NCBI GenBank assembly: GCA_028023455.1
Contig: JAQFVV010000001.1
Coordinates: 27,342,001 to 27,406,000, forward strand
Direction of reading: 5' to 3'
Length of the DNA: 64,000 nucleotides
From: Epiperipatus broadwayi
Lineage: Eukaryota > Animalia > Onychophora
Below the pieces are notes generated by a model that searched no databases, was not told the origin of the DNA, and was given only the letters and a program-made list of their open reading frames with translations. This document shows positions 52,701 to 64,000 of this stretch, in pieces. The position numbers and the translations under genes are program-made. Positions within the stretch are counted from its first letter, which is position 1. Each line of letters begins with the position of its first letter.

Positions 52701-55700
52701 AGCTTATTTATATTCTTGATGTGTTTATGTCTAGATTGGGAATATGGTGGAATATTAATAAAGAAGAAATTAGTATATTATGACATGAGAGTAATACTTA
52801 GTCATAGGAAGCTTTCTGAAATGGAAATGATGCTTCAGGAACCTATTTAGTATATCCCAACTATAAACAAAGCTACTAGATGATGCAACTTTACACAACC
52901 CACACTAAATTGTTGATGATCAGAAAATAAACCTTTTTTTTAAAGAATTTTTCAATATGATCTTTACATAATGGGAATACTTGGTTTGATCATAATCATC
53001 TTTTTTATTATTAATTAAAAATTAAAATCAGCGTTTCGTATTACATAAAACTATAACTTTTTTTCTATATCATTACTTCCTTTCATTCCAATATATTTTT
53101 ACATATATTAAAACAAGTGCTACTAACAGTCATGTTATAAACTATAATTATATATTGATATACTAAAATTTGAAATTCCAAGATTTAGTTTTATTATATA
53201 TTATTGTGTCTGATATTATATATTGTAACAGACTTAAGATATATAAAATAAATAAATGATTGAATTATTAGATGCCCCAGAATGTTGACACACCAATTAT
53301 AACAGAATTAAAACAGATAAATACTTGTAATGTCAGATAATTGATTTTACTCAAATTACACTTGGATTGCCAAAAATTTAACAGAATGAATATTCAAAAA
53401 GTGAATACTAGGCCATGAATTTGGATATACAAATTGTATTAGCATAAAATATTTACAAATGAAGGATTAAACAAATATATTTTATCAGAATATCAATAAT
53501 GTTTAATGCCAAATTGTATTGGTTTGAAATAAAATAAGTATATTAGTTTAATCAAATAATGATTAATAAAACATTAGCGTAACTTTGATTAATTATTTAT
53601 TTACTATAAAAACAAAGTGTAACTAATGAAAGGTTAAAGGTAATGTAATAAATTATTAAAATAAATAAAATGTTTTAGTCAAAATTTTGGCTAATTGATA
53701 TTTTAATGTATAAAATAAAACATGTAGAGACTCCTGAAGTTTATATTAAACTATAGTGTAATAAGTTGACTACGAATAATCTTGAAATCCAATATTAATT
53801 AATAAAAATAAATTTATTAATATAATAAATATAAATAAATAAAAAAAATTATATGAATTAATTAGCAAATGAAATATTCCTTGTTAAGCTATTTAATCAG
53901 GAATTAGGTATCTTTTTATCTATTGCATCTATTATATAATTAAAATGTATCTGATATCTGTTATGAATGATATTCTAATGAAACTAAGAAAAAAATTTAT
54001 TGTATTTGCATAAATACTTCAATATATCTTTTAAGAAATTGATTGTTTATTTTGTTTACTGTTTTTTTACAATAATAATTGTAAATTTATTAATTTATTT
54101 ACATAAAATATTATACCCTCAATGTATATTAAATATTCATTATTAACAAGATTACTCGTAAATATTGATAATTAAGATATATTGCTTTTAATATATATGA
54201 AGTAAACAAACATACCGACAAATTTAAATAAACCAAATTAGCATTAAAAAATATATTACATTTAAATTTTGTTTTCTGTGTGATTTAACTTTTTTTTGTT
54301 ATGCTATATTTTGTGTATAATCAACAAACACATGCATTTCAAAAATAAATAAATAAAGAATTAAAATATACTACGTGTTTAATTCTCCAATAGTTACATG
54401 GAATATTCCTTATTGATTTACACCAAATCTTATATTTTAATGTATATATATATTTTGTAATATATGCACAAAATAATAATAAACTTAAAATTCAAAAAAG
54501 TCTTAGAAATCTTATTAAAATCCTATGATGTTTTCCATACTATGTAAATATGGTAATTAAGCATTGTGTTTAAATTCAAATATATCCTAGTTTATATCAT
54601 TCAAATTTTTTTATTAATTTTAACAAAATTACAAGTTTTCACATAAAGCATTCCTTAATAAAATATTACAATGTTAATATTTGATTATTTTACAATAATA
54701 ACAATATTGGTTAATTTTATTGTATTTCTTAAGACACATTATAGTATTCAAATTATATTTCCATAATGAATTATAGTTTGTATCCTTTAAATTATATTTC
54801 CAGGAGATGATTTTTATTATCCAATATTATGCAGATCTCTCAAAAGATAAAAGTCTTTGAGCAAATGTTTTATTTATTTAGCCATGCATGTATATAGTAA
54901 AACACCAAAATATTATTAAAATATATAATGAATGAAATTTATGTAGTTTGTTTATTGAGATGCAGATTGAGAGAGTGACCTAACTAATATCAGGGGCTTA
55001 AATACCTTTTTCTGATAATGCCACATTTAGGTCACTATCCTATATTGATTCCTTGGATAACTGAAATTGTTATGACATCCATTATTAAAAATTAAATTCC
55101 ATTTAATAAAAATTCTGGCGAATATGTCAGTTTTGATGATTTTAAAATATTTTCTTTGTAATAAAATATTTGCTTTAAAGAATAAAAAAAAGTAAATTCA
55201 CAAATTAAAATAGATTCTTAAAATCATATTTTAAAATAAAATGTAAATATTTCTTGCATATTTATCCTTTTAAATATACAGTATTTGATATTTTAAACAC
55301 GTAATTTAATACTGGTTTAATCATATAAACATTGAATACATAAACATGCATACACATACACTAAATAATAATTGACAATTTTGTTTGTCTGTATTCCTGA
55401 ATTATTTGTGAAATATATACAGTAAATAAAAATATTAACAAATGAATATATCAGTCTTTCTAAGAATAAAATATCAAATTTTAAATTAATTATATGAAAT
55501 ACTAATAATTTAATAACCATTAGAAACCATCTATTAAAAAAAAATTACAAATTACTTATATCATTTTACGCTAATATGTATTGTCAATCATTATTCATTA
55601 ATAAAGCAAACTATTTTAGTTTATTTTTAAAAACCAATTGAGAATTAAAATAAAATAAGCTAACAATTTTTATGTTTAGGAATATAGTACTTCCAGGTTT

Positions 55701-56117
55701 AAATTCAGACCATGATGGTACAATATATAATTATAAATAATGACAGGTGTGAATATATATTTAATATATGAGATAGCTATTATAATAATTGATATGTGTT
55801 ATAACTTTGGCATTCATTATTATTTATAATAAAGGGACAGATAATCTTTATTAAGTTGTTTTTGATTATAAAGAAGTTTGTTATGAACAATTTTAACCAA
55901 TAGGAGAGTTTTTAACATCAATCTAAATATATATTGTAAGATAATTTTTAAATCTTTATTTTGCAAATTAGAGATTTTTTTACTCATTTTGAAAGTTTAT
56001 AAACAATATTTAAATGGTAAATATATAATAATAAATAATCGCAATAAGCTAAAAAGCATATCAATTGCTATAACAGCAGTTACTATAGAACAATAATCTT
56101 AAACATTAGATATATAT

Positions 56118-56620
56118 TGTAATGAAATGGGGGTATCGAGATTCAAGGAATGGGTGATAGCAAATCTCATCATCACCAAATAATCAATCCAAAATTTAAA
56201 ATTATTAAAATATAAATATTAAAGCAAGATACATATTCAAGATATGATATTAAATTAAGAAAGTATTAAGTAATAATGATAATAAATCCAAGTATAATTA
56301 TTGAAATAAAGATATTAAAGTGAGAAGATATATATATTAGCAATTTTATGTATTAAAAAGAGAACATGAGATCCTGAGATCTCTGTGAGATCAACCAGCT
56401 AGAGATCAGTTAGTTACTCCTTAGAGCAACTAAATGTATAATTAACAATCAATGAATGTTATCAATAAGTATAAGCAAGTAATACTCAAAATAACTTTTC
56501 ATTATCATGAATGCTCAATCAAAATACATCAATACAATAAATCAACAGTCCATCTTATGACTGGATTTGAACAATACAAAATATAATTCAACAGTCAATC
56601 TGGTGACTGGATTGGAAATG
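56118..56620 (+). mobile_element. Possible LTR (TGTAATG...GTCA) followed by PBS-like TGGTGAC
   Basis: TG start at 56118, CA near 56597, TGG at 56601. No second copy and no TSD found. Confidence 0.3.
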
Positions 56621-57565
56621 GATCTTCTGTAGACCAGACTAACTATTGAGCCTTTGCCAGCTTGGGCAATTATTTAAATATAACTTGGATGCAAAGTGCT
56701 CATCCATCAGAATACATAATAATTAGAAACAATAATGCTAGGATATTAAAATATGCTGATCATCATCAATGCTCTGGCCATTTAGTACCATTAATGTACT
56801 GGCCAACTATAAACATAATTTTTAATAAGACTAAACTAAAATAAAATGTGGTGCATGGACTACCAGGATGATGATTGATCATCACTGGATGCCCAAAATC
56901 ACTAATATACATCTCCAATTAGATAATCAGCCATTATGCATGAATCTAGCTCAGAAGAACACAAGCTCAAGTACTGTTATGGTGACCAAGAGGTGATGCG
57001 ATACAATTTTTAACAATTGAATATAAGTTTATTAATAACAATAAATAAGAAATGAAATTAAGGTCTTTAGAAAAAGCTATATACATATCAACTAAGCCTT
57101 CTGATTTTGAGTAATATATAATTAAAAAAAACTATCACATTGTGATTTACATGCTTAATCCAACATTCAAGTTATTACATTGATCGACAATAATTGTTAA
57201 TGGGTTTACATACAACACATATATAGATATGTGCACAGGCATACATTTATAGTATACAATGAATACATTTCACTGTGTTGATTAACATAAAAAAATTCAA
57301 TTTATTACATTGTGATTTATAGATTTCCTAATGATTTTATATAAAACGCATATGTATTTCAGCACAAACTTGTACATTTCAATTAATTTTTAATAAATTA
57401 TAAAAAAAAGTAATTAAATTTTACATATATGTTCTATTTGACAAGCATTGTACACACACATACATGTGTGCGCATGTAATTTCCTAACATATTTGACTTG
57501 TTACAAAATAAACCTTTCCAGTTGTCATTTTTAAATGATATAAAATATTGTATAACTAGGTTTAC

Positions 57566-57833
57566 TTAAACATGATATATGTAAGTAATATTATTTTATA
57601 AAGTGCAGACGGTATTGAAATTAAACGGAGAGAGTGCAAATTTCTCAAGCGCTTATGACTACCAACAGCCAATCAGATCTTAAGCACTGGGACAGAGAAT
57701 TTAACAAGAAAAGAGTAAATTTAACAAGAAAAGAGTAAATTCTCTGTCCCAGTGCTTAAGATCTGATTGGCTGTTGGTAGTCATAAGCGCTTGAGAAATT
57801 TGCACTCTCTCAGTTTAATTTAAACATGATATA
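57566..57833. repeat. Near-perfect 86-bp-arm hairpin insertion flanked by a 14-bp direct repeat
   Basis: Arms at 57618-57703 and 57736-57821 (one mismatch), with a 32-nt spacer. TTAAACATGATATA at 57566-57579 and 57820-57833. Confidence 0.95.
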
Positions 57834-60800
57834 ACAGTCCGCACAATTCCACCAGATTCGGAAAGGGATAAAGTTACATCTATCTATGGTCGGAATTTGG
57901 GTATTTGGGTAGGGTGCTAATGATAACATGATAATATGCATAACCAATGATTGCATCTACCTTTAACTGACTACTCTATACTTATTTATTAATTTCAGAT
58001 ACAATTTAGATTAGTTCATCCACCTCTCACCCCTTTCCTGTTTTGTTGTGCCCTAATATTCGAATCTAGGGAGAATTTGTCCATATAAACACTTACACTT
58101 AGCAACTTTTGCACCTTTATATAGGTTACAACTACCATTATTTTTTCAATTTATTATAAAACTATTATATAAGAGTGGAATAGGTGTTTGTGCATATTAA
58201 GACTAATAATGCAAAGTTAATTCAATAAATCAGGGACAGGTATAATGTAAACTGTTTAACATTTATTAATGGTGATGAAATGAATTAAAAGTAAAATATT
58301 TTAACAATAATAAAAAAAGTGTAATTATGCATGTGTCAAATATGAATCTCTAACATTCCATGGTTCCATCCCCTTTTCCCAATGGTAGAAATCCATTATG
58401 GCACTCATTACTTACAAGATCATGAAAGGTAAAAAAGTAAAAAAAAAAAAAATGATTTAAAGTGATCACGACATTAACTATCTAAGTTAAGTATTCATTG
58501 ACATGTTCATGGTAATATCGTGGTCCATTCCTGGTTGAAAACAATCTACTTGATTAGGTATCCCAAGCTAAGTCTAAATACATATGATAGGTAAAGGGAT
58601 TTACACAAGACAAATAAATCATTCACATCAAAATAACATATCAATTGTTAATCAACAATAAGAAACAACTTGAACTTTGTAATCTTTCAAATGTCTGTAA
58701 TTAATCTGAAATAATAGATGAAGCTCTTACCTCCATTTATATGGATAACTATATGTCAAGTTGCTAGAAATATTTGATGGGCTGGTCTAAACTTTATTTA
58801 TAATAATAAAAAAAATTACTAAGTTTAACCATCCTCCCTTTCTTTTCTACCAATATTAAAAATGGAATCTTTTAAAGCATAAACTGTGAAGTTCATGCTT
58901 CTGAGTATGGAAATAAAAAAATAACAATCAAAAGAAAAATTAAAGAAAATTTTACAGTAATAATCATTTGATGAAAAATTAATGGTTGAATTAAAGTTTA
59001 CCGAATCATCCTGGTAATAGTCCATGATGGTGAGAGTCTTTACCAACATGGTTTAGTTTTCCATATAGCTTTTCTCTGGCAAAGGATTATTCGTTCAGCG
59101 ATGTCTTCTAGTGTCAACTCTTAACTGATCTATCTCTTGATTCTCCTGTTTACGTTTTATGTTGGATGGTGGGCATCTTCTTGGGTGTGATGTCAAAGTA
59201 GATAATGGAAGTTTCACACAGTCATGTTAGGGAAGAGAGTGGTCAACACTACAGCATGACTATTTTACCCCATATGCATTTCAGAGTATCTTGTAAAATT
59301 ATTTGTATTCATAAGTCACGATTTAATATTGAATAGTTTTTTTTATATATATCAGATAAACTTCTCCATAACTTGCTTTAACTACTAGCAATATTTGCGT
59401 TCTTTTTCTGTTGTGGTTCAAAAATATCAAAGTTCTTTCATTCATGATTTTAAAATAATTTAGCTATTATGAAAATTTATACAGATCTACTTAATTTCAC
59501 TTAATAAACTATTGCTGATAAATTTGATGTAGTTTTATATTACTATACTTGATCAATAACACTTATAACTTTGAACAACAGTTTCCATTTTCCAGTATTC
59601 GAAAATTCCTATTCAGTTAATATTAGTTTATTATAGCATACACATTATTTTCAAGAAGAAAGAATTTTAAATTGATTTTGTTTTTATACTGACTTTGATT
59701 TCCATCGTGCGCTACACTAAAATTTTCATTTCTTTTAAATCTATGTAGCTGCTTATTGTTATGTTCATTTCATTAATAATAATTTCATTAAAAAAAATAG
59801 TAAAGTTATAGTTTTATCTTCATACTCAGTTTCCTAATGACTAAACTTGATATTAGGTCATCTCCAAGTTTGTTTAGTTTCAGTTTGCATCACATTTTAT
59901 TGTTCGGTTTAGAATGTACAACACAATATATCTAAGCTTGTCTAATAGTTTACATATATCATTTTCTTTCTATAATACTTTGCTATACTAAATGATTCAG
60001 TAAAAATATAATCTATCATGACTCTCTTTGTTTAAATGTTACTAAATAAATACATCATTATACATATATATGTATGCTTAAAATAGTCAAATAACATCCT
60101 CATTATTATTACAAGTTTAATATGTGGGCTAATCTTGGCTGGAATGATTGAGTTGTAAGTTACCCCTTACAATCTATATAGAATTGCACAGATTATTAAC
60201 ATAAATTTAATTTTGTCAAAAAAATAAATGACATTAATTTTTATAATACATAATAACATCTAACATACATGTGTGTATGTATTGAACTGCAGGCACACAC
60301 TAACATCTACATCATATATTTCATTTTTGTTACAAAATTAATTTTATATATAATTAATTATTGATTTAACATATAAGTTGTGTGCAGGAATGTATGTGCA
60401 CATTGATGTTTATATATTTCAATTTATCATAATATTTTTTCATAATTAATCCAATATTGAAAGTTTATAAAAAAATGTAAATCATATTATTTAATTATTT
60501 GACAGTTCATAATAAAAGTTTCTTAACATAAAAAAAAATAAAGTCAATTTTTTTCTGTTTCAGGTACTGTTTTGATTGGTTAATTACTGATGGAATTTTA
60601 AATTTAAAATGTCTTTCTTTTCTTTTTTTTTTAATCTAAAAGATTTTTGAAATCTGTTTTTTCTTTTAAAACCTAAATTTTAGATAATTCTTTCTGTATA
60701 TAGCTATGATCATCACAGGTCACTCTTATCTTTAATGTTTTTTAGAATTTAAAATGTAAATTTCAAAATGTCTTTTTGTTTTCTCAATAAATGATTTGTC

Positions 60801-61829
60801 ATTTCAAAAATGAATTATTTAAAATAATTCATGTTATATATATATGTGACATGATGCATTTGTCTGTGATTCCTTGCATGTATAAACAGCAGCATACATC
60901 TAATGACTTCTTCATTAACTGATGTGATTTCTTGGTAAGTTTAGTTTTTGGTCCATCAGGAAAGTATTGTCCAGGATTGTTATCATCGAGAGAAGTATAA
61001 TTTCTGTAATTTGTTGACATGCTATGAGCTCCCTTCTTTCTAGAATTGTTCCAGGCAAGCAATTGTCTTATCCACATTTAAGCAGGCTAGTGGATATAGA
61101 AATGGGATGGCCTTATGATTCAAAACTCCAGCATAGTAAATTAATAGACTGCTGCTTCCTTGCATTCTTATATTTTCATGACAGTTCTCTGTATAATTCT
61201 GCTAGCCATCTCTCTGGCTAGCTAAAGCCAATTGCTGCCAACTACAGCAAACTAAACTCCACACTGCTTCTCAAAAATATTAAAATCAAACTGAACTGAT
61301 ATTTTTTTTATCAGTCCTTTTTATAAGAGTCATCTGAGGTGATAAAAACACTTTAAATTAAAAACATTTTTCAATTAAAAACTGCTCTTTCTTTATCTTG
61401 ATTAAAATTTTTTTAAATCAAAAGCTACTTTTAGAATTTCTACTAAATAGAAACTTTTGTTCAATTAATTAAAAATGATTTCAAAATAGATAATAGAAAC
61501 AAATCATAAAAGATACTTGTTTTCAAAATCAGAATACAATATTAATTTATTTATCAGACCTTTTTAAATATTTATTTATAACAAAATTTTATTTTAAATT
61601 CAGAATTATTTAACCCTTTACTTATTTGTTATTATTCCAGGAAATGTAGAAAATATCTACTAAAATTTGTCTGTGTTTATTTCTATTTTTCCTTTACTTT
61701 ACATATATATGTGCACACACACAACTATGTTGCTGTGTCCATATAACCCAGCCAGTTACAACATATACATATATAATATGAGAGTAATAAAAATAAGAAT
61801 TTTACATACATACATATATATATTTTCAT

Positions 61830-62135
61830 TAAAATCACTCATCACTTAGACAATCCCAATATCAATAACAATCATAACCTATTATTAAGGTAACCTTCTT
61901 TTAATAATAAATCTGGAATCTCATCTTTATTTATAGTCTGACCATAGAGATTGACATTATCATTACAAAGAAGTTTAAATCTCTGTGATCAAGTTACAAT
62001 CTTTAGTGTATATAAATATAATGGATCATAAAGGTCAGATTTCACCATTATTGTTAAAAGGTTGTCTTGACAACAGATTGTGATTGTTTATTGTTATTGA
62101 TATTGGGATTGTCTAAGAGTTGACTAATTTTAATG
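61830..62135. repeat. Imperfect inverted repeat of the same family as 7823-7995
   Basis: 61975-62135 aligns with 7823-7995 (AATCTCTGTG-TCAAGTT-CAATCTTTAGTG...CTTGACAACAG...TATTGGGATTG). 61845-61954 is an inverted partial copy. Confidence 0.85.
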
Positions 62136-63911
62136 ATTATTTATAAACCCATTTAGCCTTGAGCATTATTACACTTAATATATACATATTTGGAAATCCT
62201 TAGTAAGCATTTTAGATAGAGCTTAAAAATAGATTCACAAATAAATTCTAAGGATTTATATAGTTTAAATAGTGAAATGAATTTTGGAAGCTACAAGTAA
62301 AGTTCTTGATCAAAATATTTAATGTTCATGTTATGATAAACAGATTAAATTTTCAAAATGAATTGTGCTGAATGAAGAGAATGATATACCAACATTCATT
62401 TTTTTGCAATAATGTCCAAAGAACCATTGAAGAAGAAAAATGTTTAAAAAACTCCCCCAAAAGAATCTAAATGTAGGAAAATATTACTGCTGGAAAAGTG
62501 ATTGTAAAAATAGTTCAAAAGTTTTTTTTTTATTTTTTTGATATGTTTTTTTTTGTGTTGAATTTGACAAAAGGGAAGTGAATTCAGTAAATGTAATTGA
62601 AAGCCCAGATATATTTTCTCCTGATTTGAAATAGGCAGTTTCATATATGAAAAATAAAAGTAGTTTGGAAAATATGGTTCAATAATAGAAAGGGCCAAAA
62701 ATGTTGATGAATTGATATTAGCAATTGTTTCGAAGATGCTAAACCCCCCCCTAACATTCTCAACAACTAATATGCACTCAAGACTCTTATATTGTATATA
62801 CAATTTAGTATGCTAATTTAGTATACATAAGTTGTACTATATCTAACAAATTAATAAATCTGAATTTTTGATTAATGAATTTATGAAGTTTAATTAAATA
62901 CATTTTGCAATATATAAAATGGATTTACCTGTAATTAACATGACCTGTAGTAATGTATTTTCTAATAATAAAACAATTTATAGATTTCTAATTGAAAATT
63001 GTTATGAAAGTTAACTGAAAGTACTTCTTCATTTGATAATAGTTATTTGTAAGATTTTTTAATCCTTTTAATACATTATGTTATTGTTATTCCAATAATC
63101 TATAGTGGATATTTTATTTATTCCCCAATATGCAATTAAATATCCATAAATAGATATTTTTAATTTCACTTTTTAAAATTAAATGTAGGCTGTTAGATTA
63201 ATTTATTTTTCTTTATAATTATAATACATATATCAACCTAAAGTGTATTGTTTAATAATTATCTATCTATCTCTATATATAGTTTTATAGATTTATGCAT
63301 TAAATATCATGTTTATATTTATTTAAACAAACTTGGAGAGATGTAGAACACTAAATACAGTGCACTGTATGTTAGTTCTTTGGTTACTATTCTATATAAA
63401 AAAACTGACAAATCATTCTGCAGTATTTATCCATTTTAAGAAAACTTCTCATCAATTATCACAAATACTAATTATTGTTCATGCAAATATAGCAACTGTT
63501 AGTCTTATATTAATAATACTAAATTCATCATCTTGATATTAAAATATGAATAATCAATGCACAGTTTTTTATTGTGGTCAAACACTAACCAAGACAGTTA
63601 TATAAATTCACTCTATTGATAACTCTTATTTGGTTAAATTGAAATGGGATGATTAAATATTATACAATTGAATATTATTTGCTTTAATATCAATTTGGCT
63701 GATTCATTTTTGTTAACAAGATAATTGCTTTATTTGGATGGGCAATTGGTGATGCTTTAGATAGCTTATAAGAAAAGTTTTTTGAAATGTATATAAGTAT
63801 TGAGAAATTAATTTTTTTAAAATATAGAATGTGATTGCAGTTTACATCATTCCAAGTTTGTTTACATGTACAAAAGTAAGTTAAACTTAATTATATATAT
63901 GTTCTTTTTAG

Positions 63912-63984
63912 CCAGGGCATTTTTTGGGGCATTTAATTGGTCACGAAGGTCCAGGAAGTCTTTTGTCAGAACTCAAAGCTAAAG
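63912..63984 (+). CDS. IDE: IDE coding exon (PGHFLGHLIGHEGPGSLLSELKAK), 73 bp
   Basis: TTTTAG acceptor and G|GTAAA donor. Contains the hallmark M16 motif HLIGHEGPGSL and is in frame with the 41731-41820 exon. Confidence 0.97.
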
Positions 63985-64000
63985 GTAAAAAAAAAAAACC

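Noticed and set aside
57698-57737. CRISPR-like repeat
   Set aside because: Two adjacent copies with no spacer, in a eukaryotic intron, with no cas genes.
60829-61221. Overlapping ORFs 60829-61077 (-) and 61024-61221 (+)
   Set aside because: No recognisable domain or splice context; likely a TE fragment or noise.

Overview
AT-rich eukaryotic (metazoan, probably arthropod; inference) genomic DNA. The backbone is one + strand gene, insulin-degrading enzyme (IDE/insulysin, peptidase M16A). Six coding exons (673 bp total) are spread over about 54 kb: 10402-10505, 24450-24619, 33685-33807, 33891-34003, 41731-41820 and 63912-63984. All have canonical AG/GT ends and join in frame. The HXXEH exon and the 3' half of the gene were not found and probably lie outside the window. 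The introns are packed with decayed retroelements: Ty3/Gypsy, RTE-clade LINEs, a probable hAT remnant, several Penelope-like elements (PLEs) and two tRNA-Gly-derived SINEs with TSDs. The most unusual signal is a set of non-coding tandem-plus-inverted repeat and hairpin insertions. Several carry type I minimal hammerhead ribozyme (HHR) motifs, at 34.7, 35.2, 42.25 and 42.4 kb and more weakly at 7.3 kb. The four HHR motifs at 34.7-42.4 kb have a purine-A mismatch at the base of helix II. No ribozyme activity or database identity could be tested here. Almost all entries of the ORF track are TE fragments or noise.
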